A DNA stretch of 64,000 nucleotides, from contig NC_135759.1 in the NCBI RefSeq assembly GCF_052425735.1, positions 21,452,001-21,516,000 on the forward strand. The letters run 5' to 3'. The translations under genes and the position numbers were made by a program. Source of the stretch: Oculina patagonica. Taxonomy: Eukaryota. The notes under the pieces are model-generated. The model saw only the letters and a list, made by a program, of their open reading frames with translations. It did not search any database and was not told where the DNA came from. Numbering within the stretch: position 1 is the stretch's first letter; every line of letters begins with the position of its first letter. Positions 1-11,400 of this stretch are shown here, in pieces.

Positions 1-1762
1 CTACCGGTCCTGACCATGTTTCTCCAAGGGACCTCTCTATAATTGGCGACTCTGTCATCCACAGTCTATTACCGATTTTTACGAAGAGTGTGAGAGATGC
101 ATCTTTCCCCTCCAGCTGGAAATTATCACGTGTCAATCCCATATTTAAGAAAGGATCACCAACAGACGCAAACAACTACAGACCTATCTCCCTTCTCAGT
201 ATCCCAGGAAAAATCTTGGAAGATATTGTGAGCGACACCTTAAACAACCATATGGATACACAAGGTTTATTATGCAACAACCAATGGGGATTTCGAAAAA
301 ATTATTCAACTGAGAGCCTTTTACTTCATTTAACAGAGTCTTGGAGAAATGCACTGGACAAGGGCCAGAAAGTGGGTGTCCTTTTTATCGATTTTCGGAA
401 AGCTTTTGACACTGTGAACCATACTATCCTACAAGAAAAGCTAAAAGCCATTGGTGTATCAGGTGACCTGCTTTCCTGGCTTGATGATTATATGTCTGCA
501 CGTAAGCAGTTTGTCCAATTATCAGAATATCAGTCCGAGCCCAAAACCATTACGTTTGGAGTCCCCCAAGGCTCAATATTAGGGCCCAAATTATTTTCAA
601 TCTTCGTAAACGACCTTCCTGAATCGATAACAAGTGGTAATGTATTCATGTTTGCTGATGATACCACAATTTACACAATTGGCAAGGACATCGACAATAT
701 CATCCTGACACTGCAATCCATTTTAGACCAGGTATACACCTGGTGTCAGTCTAACAGATTAATAGCCCACGAATCGAAGACGGAAGCCCTGATAATTTCA
801 AGACGGAGCTTTATTGGTCCCCTGCGACGTTTGACTTACGGCAGTAGCACTATTGAGTACAAACAATCATCCAAATGTCTTGGGTTAACAATCGACAACA
901 AGCTATCATGGTATGAACACATCGGGAACGTTTGTAAGTCCTTCAGTAACAAAGTCGCAGTCTTAAAACGGATAAAGTTCCTACCAAAACCAGTCTTGGA
1001 AACTATTTATTATAAAACAATCATCCCCAGTGTCCTATATGGTATTGCAGTCTGGGGATCTTGTTCTCCAGCTTTGTTAGATGATATAGACCGAATTCAT
1101 TTGAGAGCAACAAGAATTATTAATAGTCTACCGCATTACATCCATAGTGATTACATCAGGAACGCTCCATATTGGAACCCAATTGTTTCATTTTACATTA
1201 AGAGACTTCTAGTTATTACGCACAATATTTACCATGGAAATAGCATCGATCCTCTAAAGGACTTACTAGTGAAACCCGAGTCTACTTATAACTTTAGAAA
1301 ATCCTTAAATGTTGAGGTTGATAGACCAAGAACAGAAGTGGGAAGATCTTCTTTTAAACATCGTGCTGCACTTTCTTGGAATATCCTTCCCGATGACATC
1401 AAGTCTTGCTCTAACCTTGATTCTTTCAAGAAAAAACTTAAGGCAAATAAGAGTCTCTTAAAATCTATCAGTTTCACTAAAGCGTCTTGCTGCGTTTCTA
1501 ACAAATCTCTGGACTTCATATATTTTTAATTTATTCATTCATTTATCTTTTTACTGTATATTGTTATTAATTCATCTATTTTACCTATCATTATTTATTC
1601 AGATATTGTAAATAAATTTTGGATTATGTATTATATAGGATCTTATTGTAATTTATTATTTTAGATAGTGCAGGTCCACATCAGGACTTAACGTCTTGCC
1701 AATTATTTTGTAACCTGCTTTATCAAATAAACCATGTATGTATGTATGTATGTATGTATGTA
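1..1762 (+). mobile_element. CR1/L2-group non-LTR retrotransposon, 3' part (RT domain, 3'UTR, (ATGT)n tail); lies antisense in a WDR91 intron
   Basis: ORF 90..1529 (frame open from the window edge) has RT motifs NYRPISLL, QWGFRK, FIDFRKAFDTV, GVPQGSILGP, FADDTT, CLGLTIDNKLSW and the C-terminal WNILP motif typical of CR1/L2. AATAAA at 1726 is followed by (ATGT)7 at 1734-1762. Confidence 0.92.
90..1529 (+). CDS. Reverse transcriptase (ORF2 C-terminal part) of the CR1/L2-group LINE
   Basis: Uninterrupted 479-aa frame with RT motifs including FADD; 5' end lies outside the window. Confidence 0.9.
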   Translation: MRDASFPSSWKLSRVNPIFKKGSPTDANNYRPISLLSIPGKILEDIVSDTLNNHMDTQGLLCNNQWGFRKNYSTESLLLHLTESWRNALDKGQKVGVLFIDFRKAFDTVNHTILQEKLKAIGVSGDLLSWLDDYMSARKQFVQLSEYQSEPKTITFGVPQGSILGPKLFSIFVNDLPESITSGNVFMFADDTTIYTIGKDIDNIILTLQSILDQVYTWCQSNRLIAHESKTEALIISRRSFIGPLRRLTYGSSTIEYKQSSKCLGLTIDNKLSWYEHIGNVCKSFSNKVAVLKRIKFLPKPVLETIYYKTIIPSVLYGIAVWGSCSPALLDDIDRIHLRATRIINSLPHYIHSDYIRNAPYWNPIVSFYIKRLLVITHNIYHGNSIDPLKDLLVKPESTYNFRKSLNVEVDRPRTEVGRSSFKHRAALSWNILPDDIKSCSNLDSFKKKLKANKSLLKSISFTKASCCVSNKSLDFIYF

Positions 1763-1868
1763 ATTCATAGACTCATTAAATGCTCTAGAGTCTTTTGTTG
1801 CACTCGGAAAGTTCATTTAGTTTTCACACATATTTTAACAGGACGCCGTTGAACATTTGCATTGTTAT

Positions 1869-1908
1869 CTTGCTGAAGAAGGCAACAGTAGTGGCCGAAA
1901 CGTCCAAA
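1869..1908 (+). ncRNA. Minimal (Penelope-type) hammerhead ribozyme motif
   Basis: TTG-CTGAAGA-A-GGC-aacagtagtg-GCC-GAAA-CGTC-CAA: CUGANGA and GAAA cores, stem II GGC/GCC, palindromic ACGT stem III, GUC cleavage triplet, stem I TTG/CAA. Confidence 0.6.
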
Positions 1909-2343
1909 AACAATATTTTTAGCCAGTGTCAACTTATTAATTCGAATTTTTTGTCTCATGCCTCGTTCTTTACCGAACTAAATCACCATCACCCAAAGAC
2001 AGTCCAAGGGTAGATAGTTGGGATATAACTTAAACAGACAAATGGGACGAACTCGCTGTTAGGTTAAAAAATTTTCAATCTAGGTAAGTGACGCTAAATG
2101 CATCCGTGCATTTAGATCAGCCCAACCACACAGTAGCAACGTACGCACACATGCTTTTCAGTGACACATGGCTAGCGTTTGAGTGACGGAATAAAACCTA
2201 AAAATTTCTAAGAATCATAATTGAAACCTTTTAGCTACACTGTACTTGGATTTGACGTAATTTTTTTACCCTCTTCAAATGGTCGAAAACAGCTGTGAAC
2301 AATCTATTGACTGAGGAAGAAAAAATTATGATCTTAGGCTCAC

Positions 2344-2438
2344 CTGGGATACTGAGAATCAGTTGCAACATCGCATATTGTCTTTTTATGTTCTGTGTCG
2401 TAGAATCTAACTTTACCATTTCCTGTTCCTAAGAGAAG
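2344..2438 (-). CDS. WDR91: WDR91 exon ([32 protein letters not shown])
   Basis: TTTTAG acceptor, GTGAG donor, 95 nt. Confidence 0.92.
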
Positions 2439-5400
2439 CTAAAAGACAAGGAAATGAAACAATGAAAGAAATGAACAGGTTCAAGCTAGCTACATGTAAA
2501 TAGAAATCAAACAGAACTATCAAGAACACTGTTAAATTAGGGATTTGAGCTTCAACAAAGTCCCTGCTATGTACAAATTATTTTGATTAATAACAAATTT
2601 CCATTTTACAGTCCAAAACTTCACACATAACAGATATTTATAAGTCCAAGGTTTGGCTCAAAAAAGGGAAAAAGTAACAGACAACTTTTCCTTAAGTAAG
2701 AAACTTGACATACCAGTCTGTCAGGTTTCGGAGCCCACTCCAGTGATAACAAAGGTGATTTAGACATTACAGTGCCACATGTCTGTATATCAGGGTGGTT
2801 TGTCCAAACCCTAATAACAATGAGAAAAGAAACTGCTTAAGAAAAGTGTGTAGGAGCAAATCTCTGTGGCTACATGTGTAACCTTCCAGAAGTCCCCTTC
2901 ACAACCATTATTTAGAATGTCACAAAACACTCCTCTTCACTCCACAACACTTACTGGAAAGTTGTGTGGAATAACATATCGCTCCTCTCCACTCCACTCT
3001 ACTCACTATCGAGTTGTGTTATTTCTAATGAGTGATTTTTCGATGAACTTGTATGTTTTGGTGCACCTCCCAGGCAGGCAAGGGTTAACATAAGAATCAT
3101 CAAGTTTTCTGACCAAAGGGACATGAAACAGTGTATTATGGAAGTGTCTGTATTACGAGGTAGAGTTTATATGAGTTTTGATCTCCTTTGGAACAAGTGA
3201 ACTGTCCATGATAGGAAGGTGTCTGTAAGGAAGGGCTCAACTGTACAATATGTAAGAATAAAGTGGCCATTTATTATTACTTTAATAGATAACCGGGGTC
3301 ATCAGTAAAAACTTGACCTAACAGGGTCTCATTGCAAACCAATTTCCCTTACTTGACAATCCCATCTGCATCAGCACTTCCAATCATCCTTCCACTAGAA
3401 GAAAACCTGCAATGAACTATTGCTGAGTGATGTTCCTTGTACCCATCCTGGTAAAGAAAAAAAAAACATCATGGGTTCATACACTAAGTTAACATTATTT
3501 TGTGATGTAGATGATTGAAAACTAAGTTGACACTCTTAATAGAACTTAATGATGAACATGATGATGACGATGATGCTGATGATGATGCCGCCGCCGATGA
3601 TGATGATGATAGAACTTTTATGGTAATATGTCGCTTTGCCTTACCTGACTGAGAAAAATGAAAGCCTTAGACTTGTGTTCACCACGACCTGAAAAATTTA
3701 CAAAATAAGCAGACTGCTAAAGTTGAAAGCAACTGTTTACTAAAAGACTATTTTGCCAGTGCATAAGGCTTCAGGCAACATGACCTGTTGATTGTAGCTT
3801 ATATAAAAATCAGTAAAAAATAAAGAACAACCTTTTCTTTCTTGATATGATTTCAATTTTTCATTGGTAAATTAATTTAGAACACAACATGACAATGTAT
3901 TTAAATGAGCGCATGCAACATTCAGTGATGAAGCTTATCCACCCAAGCATCATTGCTGACCTTCAAAATGGACTGTTTTTGGCAGTACATCTTCTACAAT
4001 AAAAAAAAAACCCAACAGCACAGGTAAATAATAGCACGTAAGGTACAGTCTGCACATTGTGGTACAATCTGCAGGTATTATCCTTTCTTTTATACTCATT
4101 GACATATATTACCATACAACAGAACAAAGCAAAATCCCAAATTGTACAAACTAAGGGTAACAACAAATAGGGCATGCTTATGTAGCATGGAGCAACTTCA
4201 GTCAGAGTATTGCAGATACACCTGGGTAGAGATAGAGGCACTGTAAAATAGTGGCTTGCAAACTAAAAACCTCTTGCAAACCTCTGTTCCTGGAGTAAAG
4301 TCTACACTCAGGCCAAAGTGGCCCAGAATACTAGAGATGAATAAAGTGACTAGTTTGGGCTGTATTATTACTACAACATGGTAATCATTAATGCACTGCA
4401 ACACCCATTACAATCTGGAGTCTTATACACCAACCTCCATTGGGGGTCACGGCACGCCTCCTAAAAACAGCAAAATGGATGTGGTTACCTGTTTTGTCTT
4501 CCGACTCTAGTGGTGATGCTTTTAGTCTTCCAGGCAATGTCCTACTCCTACGAATGGAAAATCCTGACTTTTCTTTATCATCTGAGCTTTCACTAGTCAA
4601 GGGTGTGTCACAGCTTTGAGCCTTTGAAAGAAGTGGCTTAAAGGTTTTAGCATCCTCCTCATCATTTTGAGAGTCAGTCTGAACTTCAACCTCTTGGCCT
4701 TGAGGTTTCTCATGTAACAAAGGAAGTGAACGTGTTTTCAACTGCTCTTCCTGCAAAAGGGATAGTTGCTTCTGTTGCTCCTGCAATTGCTTGAAAAGAA
4801 AAAAGTACAACATATTAGAACTGGTATAATATTCAACAAATGATTATTACAATGTATAAGTAACAGTACAACAATAATAAATTAAAGTCATAAATATCTA
4901 AATGTTAATAATATTAATAATACATTTTACATACAATTCAACTATAACCTGCATATTGCTATCTGCTTGCTAGGTTTTCTCTGTGTTTAGGTCATGAATT
5001 GCATCTTTAATTAATGAATGTTTGATTTCGGTTTAGGGGTACTTTATGGGTGTTTAACTGTTTGCTTCATTGGCGCTTCCCACCTCTTTTTTTCTTTGAC
5101 ACAAGACTAAAAAAGTACTTGTAAAACTATTTGACAACTTAGGTTTCTGGGCTACAATGCAGTCTTTAGGGAACAAAGTAAATGACTAAAATTAAGCAGT
5201 AAAACTGCAAAAAAGCTTTTTTATGTATAATAAAAAAACTGTCTCAAACACAGGTGGCAAGAACAGCATGTCAAGCTGGATGTTTGTGTTACCTACATGC
5301 CAGGGTGCATTCCGTGTACATGCCGCGCCGAAGATACGCCAAGTTTTTTATAGGTCTACGCCAAGGTCCTTTATTATTCATATTTAAAATAAGTCATTTG

Positions 5401-8400
5401 TACACCAAGTCAAATGTGTCGACTACGATCATACCCAAGTATGCAGCACAAGTTTGAAATCCATGCCGAAGATCTTTTCGGCGAGTAACCTAGGTAGAAT
5501 GCAGCCTAGCCTAGAAGCACTTGAGTTAAGTCTGTGTCAAGCCAAGTGGCCCATACTGTCGGAGCTCGCCTATCCCAGTTTTAAGCCATCAATTAGGAGA
5601 AGTTCTACTCCCCCCTGGATGGGATGCTAGTCCATTGCAGGGTTACCCCCAGCATTAATTTGCCAGTACCCATCTATACACCTTGGTGGAGAGAGGAACT
5701 ATGAGAGTAAAGTGTCTTGACCAAGAACACATTGCCAGGGCTCAAACCCTGGTGAGACTGCTTGATCGGCCATAATGGCAAGCTTCCGAATGGGGACTCT
5801 GCATCCTTCTAAATCGAGTAATCAAAAGCTATTTAAAATTGAAAATACAACCTGCAGCCATGTGCTCTTACCTGTATCTGTTGCTGCTGCTGTCGGATCA
5901 GTTGCTGTCTTTTCAAGTTGGCTTGCATCTGTTCTTCCTGCTGCTGCTGTTGTTGTTGTTTTGGATCTTTTCCCTTCTTGTTCTTTTCTTGCTTGTCTTT
6001 GAACATTAATTTGGAGAACTTTTTGGGGAAGTTAGGTAGAAACTTGCCAGGCTGTGCTGCTTGTGGCCTGTAAATGAAATAATATCTTAACTTATCAACA
6101 CTCTTTCAGTATCCTTGAAAAAAGTTGACTGATAAATATTATTCACATACCTCACTGTCAAATAAAGTTAAATATACTAAAGGGGTGCAGTGACGGATTC
6201 AGACCTTCAGGCAATTGGGGCCCCCGATCATCCAGACCCTGGAAATTGTGCAGTTCTAGAAAATATCCATACCTACCCCATGGAAGGTCATTGGAAATTC
6301 CAAGGAGGTGGGGGGTTTCAAAAGCCAAAATTTTTAAAGGAAAGTATGGAGCTTACCAGAGGTGGGGGATTCAAACCAAAAAAAACTCATTCTATGGGAG
6401 GGGTATGGATATTTGCTGGAACAACACAACATAAAAATAAGGTGGGATTAAATCCCACTGGGGTGGGATTTAAAGAACTCTTCACTAAGGCCATGAGTGG
6501 CCTTATGGTTACCAAGCTGGACTCCGCATCAGGTGGTCGAGGTTAAAGTCATGCCAGGGTCATGTTATGTTTTTTTGAGTGAGACACACTGTCTTACTGT
6601 CTTAACAATTTCCTTATACAGTCAACTCTTGTTAAAGCGGACACGCTTGGGGCGTCGTTTAGTGTCCGTAATAGCGAGAGTCCGTAATAACGGGAGTCAT
6701 TTCCAGTCAAACCTTATTCGCCGGGGATCTGGATTTTGTCCGTAATAGCGAGCGTCCGCAAAAGCGGGGTGTCCACAAGGCGAGAGTTGACTGTATATGA
6801 AAGCATACCAAAGCCTTATGATAAGACAAATTACCTGTTGACAACAAAAAACTCATCCGCATCTTCCTCTTCAACAGTATCAGCTCTCTTCCTCTGGGTT
6901 TCTGCAAGCTCTTGCTCCAGTTTTGACTTCTGACGCTGTAAGTTTGCTGCTTCATCTGCCAGAGACACAACCTGCTCTTTAAGCTTCAAAACCTCCTGCT
7001 CCAAACGATGCAACTTCCCCCGTTCCTCATCATACTTGAGAATTGTTGGCATGGGTGATTAGAGTTAAGGAAAACCCTCACAGATTTCAATATATAACGA
7101 TGTCTTTAAAATATACACCTAATTGCAATAACGTTGAGTCATAGAAAAAAGGAAAAAGAAAAAAGGTAAATAGGAATTAATAAGTGTAGTTTCATAACTG
7201 ATACCATTTACAGAAAACTCACGAGTTTTTATCTGCACACTTTTAGTCCACTTTTTATGCCATAACAAGATTAATCAATTTATTCATATTTTGAGGCATT
7301 TTGAGGCCTTTTGTACGAATAAATTTCATGCATGCGCTTAATTAATTCCTATTTGACTTTTTCCTTTTTTCTATGACAACCTTATTGCAATTAGGTGTAT
7401 GTAATAAAACAACTAAGGTAAGTCCTGCATTGTCTTCTGGATGCACTCAAATCAATGTCATGTTCATATGAACTCAACTGACAAGCTTTTGTAGCATAGT
7501 AGTAAGTAGGTCGCCCTTCACCACTTTTCAGGAGCACAGGCCATTAGCAGTCTCTCTCCATAGCCTCCTGTCCTGTGCATCCCTCTATCTCAGGGCTCAA
7601 AATAATTTTTGGATACTGACCGGTCATGTTGACCGGCCAAATCAATTTTTGCTCGGTCATGTCTCGTTTTTGACCGGTCAAAATATTGAGTATTTACTTT
7701 GAAACAATAGCCTATTTTGCCAACAATTTCGCCCCCTAAGCTAAAACACTCGTTATTAAAGAGTGTAAGGCTTAAGCTTTAAAGTTTTGATCGCTAAAAG
7801 TGTCATTTTATTATGTTCGCTTTTTGAATTTCCATTTCTTTTTCGTTCTACTCTACATAAAATAAAATGCTCAGTAGCCGTAATGTTATGTTACTCTGTA
7901 TAGTTTTACATTAGTTAACTACTTACGGGTGGAGGCGATCTTGGTTTAGTGTAAGTACTTTACTGGTCTTTATTACCGAACATTAAATAGTAATAGGACA
8001 TATGTGACCCTCCATATGAAAAGGGGGCTTAACGTAATTTCTCCCAAACGCGTTTAAACGCAGCGTTTGAAACGCATTTGAAACGGGTTTCAAACAGTTT
8101 CAAACAGATTTCAAACGCGTTTCAAACACCTTTTGAATTTAGAGCGTTTCAAATGCAGAAAACGCATTTTAGAGGGTTTGTAACGCCAAATTATTTGAGC
8201 ATAATTATTACTAAACGTAGGATGTAGACAGCATTGTTTTTGACAGTTTCCCAATAGTAATTTTTGGAACGGTTTTACAAAACATCCCGGTAACATTTAT
8301 CGAAACAAAATATGACGTCTACCCGTGTTGGAAGCTCGGCGAAAAGTTTGTTTTTGACCGGACTGGAAGCCTTTCTGCGGCCCTTTTGCTTTCAAATGGC

Positions 8401-11400
8401 AGACAATCTGCAGAATTTAGCGAAAGCTGAAGATTAGCTCCAATTTAACTGCACAAAATAATTTTCCGCGGCAGCCATTTGGCAGTCATTTAGCAGCGCT
8501 CATTTTACTGTTGAATAACTGCAGTTGGGCTGCATGTACAGTCAACTCAAACATAGCGCAGAAGTTTTGATAAGCTGTCTTAATTTTCGAACTGTTAACT
8601 GCAGAATCGCTATGTGATAAAGCCAGCTGGTTGATATTATTTCTTACTAACAGGAGTATAAAATTAAATCAATTACTGCTCGAGTACTCAGCGGCGACTG
8701 TATTTTCATTTGAAGGAATGCGACTCACCGAAAACGTGCATCTGGCATCTCAAAGTAAATTTTTCATCGATCAATCGATACAATTTGTAATATTTATATT
8801 GCAGTGTGTTTACAGGGAACATAAATTTGCAGTTTTCTTTTCTCCTGTGTGCACTGCCATTCTCCATTCATGAAACCTCGGAAACTTCAAATGATCGCTG
8901 TTGAACGTACAAAGCGCCCCGCTTGTGGTTTGAAGCATCAGGTGACACGAGTTCGCACGTGATTTTAGCGTGGAATTTATTCTACTTTACACGCAACAGT
9001 TTCAAATGTAACTATAAACTGTTCATACAGAAGTTTTTCGTTTTACAATCTATAGTTTAGTGAAATATATCGCTTATTTGCTAAAATTATCTCGATAAAA
9101 TGTGATATATTTCAAGTCTTCAGAAAACAACCTGATGTGTGAGACGTGACAACGATCTGCATAAAACCTGATACTTTGTTTACTTTATTTGGCGGTCAAG
9201 ATTTGAAAGTTTAAACGATCGGTTAACCGAACGGACAGTTTGAATGTGTTGTTCAGTTTGGTTTTTCAAGTTACAAGGGAATTAACAAGCGACAAGATGG
9301 TCCAAAAGCAAGAAACACGCTTCAGGATATGTGGTGATATAGTTTGCGTGCAGCGAATGTGTTTGTTTACCGTACGCGTTACATATTTTCAACATACCTC
9401 AGACACAAAGTGATGTGTGGATTAAATATACGATGTAAGTATATTTTATATTCTAATAAATAAATTCACAGACAAGCTCTTGCAATTAACACAAATGTGC
9501 ATCACGCTAATTTATTGATGAGGAGAAAATGTTACTCAAATCAAAAAGTTTTCCTGCTGCAACATCATCATTCTCTGATTTTCCTCAGCTACTGTGGACA
9601 CTATAATTTGAACTGAAATCGTTGTCACATTTTGAATAAATTATGCTTCAACAGTAATGATAATCTAAGCGTGGCGTTTCAAACACATGCAAACGCGTTT
9701 CACCATGTTTCAAACGCCTACTGTTTGAAACGCGTTTCAAACACTTTGAAACGAATTTCAAATACATTTGAAACGGGTTTCAAACGCGTTTCAAACAAAA
9801 ACGCTCTTGAAACGCTGTTACGATAAGCCCCCTTTTCATATGGAGGGTCACATATATATGCCCATGCTACAGTGAGATACGTTTGCCTTTGCTCTGACTC
9901 GTTGTTCATCGAGCTTCCTATAAGATACCCTCTTTTAAAAGTTCTCTTTCTTCACGACTGCCAAGAGATTAGCGAGAAAGCCTACGTCACATCGCATTTC
10001 AAAAATCATGGATTTTTCCAAGTTTTCAACGTCGCCTACAACAGAGAAGCCTGTTCTATGCGGTGCCTGATTGAGCTGCTGAAATATACTTACGGCAAAG
10101 TACTTTTAATCATAGAAATCCGCGTAAGTAGCCTTACACAAGAAGTCAAGACCGATAGAATTTGCGTGAAACACTTGAATGCCGTGGCAAGAATAAAAGA
10201 TATCGAGAGTTATCGTTTCAATCTGTAGACGCCAGACGCGGAGACCATTACTTTTTTATTTTGTACAGTACGAGGCAAACGTTTACCGGAACTCTCTTTG
10301 ACAATTTTAGGTGGTCAACTTGTCAGCACACATGGGGACATGTTCAGTTGCGAAAACACGCTACGAACTCGTACTTTCTAAAGGTGCATATAGTTTTTTA
10401 AATCCACTAACGAGTGCTATTTTTCTCGGCCCGCCTGACAATTGAAACTGTAATTGCGTACGTGAGTTTTATAGCAGACGTTGATTGCTGCAAGCTGCTA
10501 TGATATTTTATGATTTTACTGTAAAATTTCAAGAAATACTGCGAATGAATTTTTTTTGTGTGTTATTTATTTGAAAGCCGTGTACATGACCGGTCAAAAT
10601 GACCGCCGAACCAAAATTTTGTCCGGACAAATCGTCAATTTGGCCGGACATTGTCCGTTGACCGGCCGTTATTTTGAGCCCTGCTATCTGGTACCAACTC
10701 TTGTAGCTAAGCCAACATATATGTTTGGGAGGGGGGGGGGGGGGGGGGGTTACTCGAAATTTCAAGTGAAGGGGATGATTGAATAGGGACAAAAATCAAG
10801 ACCCCCAAAAATCCCTTGGGCTTCTGAAAAAAACAAAAAAAAAATCCCTAAACCAAAAAGTAGCCACCCAAAAATCAACAGCAAAACATGTTTGTTTGCA
10901 CTTTATTTGCAGAACTATGCAGCCGAGGCACTTCCATGAATCTTTTGCTAGTTTTCAATACCCAAAAAACCGGCCTACTTAAACAAAACAAAATACTTCC
11001 CAAACTTTCCTACCCAAAAAAACCCAAATCGAAAGTTTAAACCCAAAAAAATCCTTCAATCACCCCCGTCACTTGAAATCCTCAGTACCCCCCTGGGCTT
11101 AGATGAAAGGTCAAAATTTACCAAAGAAAGTAAAAATTGTTCTGGCTAACAACAGTTGCTGGGAATCATTGAAATATTCCAATCGACAATAGCTAAGTTG
11201 TTCTTTTCAAAGGATATGCATGTGTTGGAACAAAGTTATCAAAAAGTTATAGAGTGAAAGGAAAAATGTCTCCTGCCAGGCTCTCTGAAAGTACATCTCA
11301 AATGTGACATTCTGCTCAGGATTCTTGATAAAAGGGACGGCTGAAAACAAACAACCAGGCATGTCTTTACTATAGCTATAACAGAAACATTTGGCTGATA

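Larger units (their letters stand above)
7055..11217 (-). other. AT-AC U12-type (minor spliceosome) intron 3 of WDR91
   Basis: 5' site ATATCCTTTG (11217-11208), branch point TTTTCCTTAAC (7074-7064), 3' site TAATCAC. Removing it gives in-frame ...[13 protein letters not shown]. Confidence 0.9.

Noticed and set aside
4435-4488. 28-nt intron plus small exon after WDR91 exon 6 (also a candidate exon near 4330)
   Set aside because: Intron too short, and the required phase hits a TGA stop in both cases.
8045-8160. Palindromic repeat array resembling CRISPR (also 9675-9815 and 21000-21110)
   Set aside because: No unique constant-length spacers, no cas genes, eukaryotic context; these are subterminal TE repeats mirrored at both ends.
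10727-10750. Poly-G/poly-C runs as functional G-quadruplexes (also 20504, 22114, 25702, 57497)
   Set aside because: Mostly termini of MITE families or slippage homopolymers of uncertain length.
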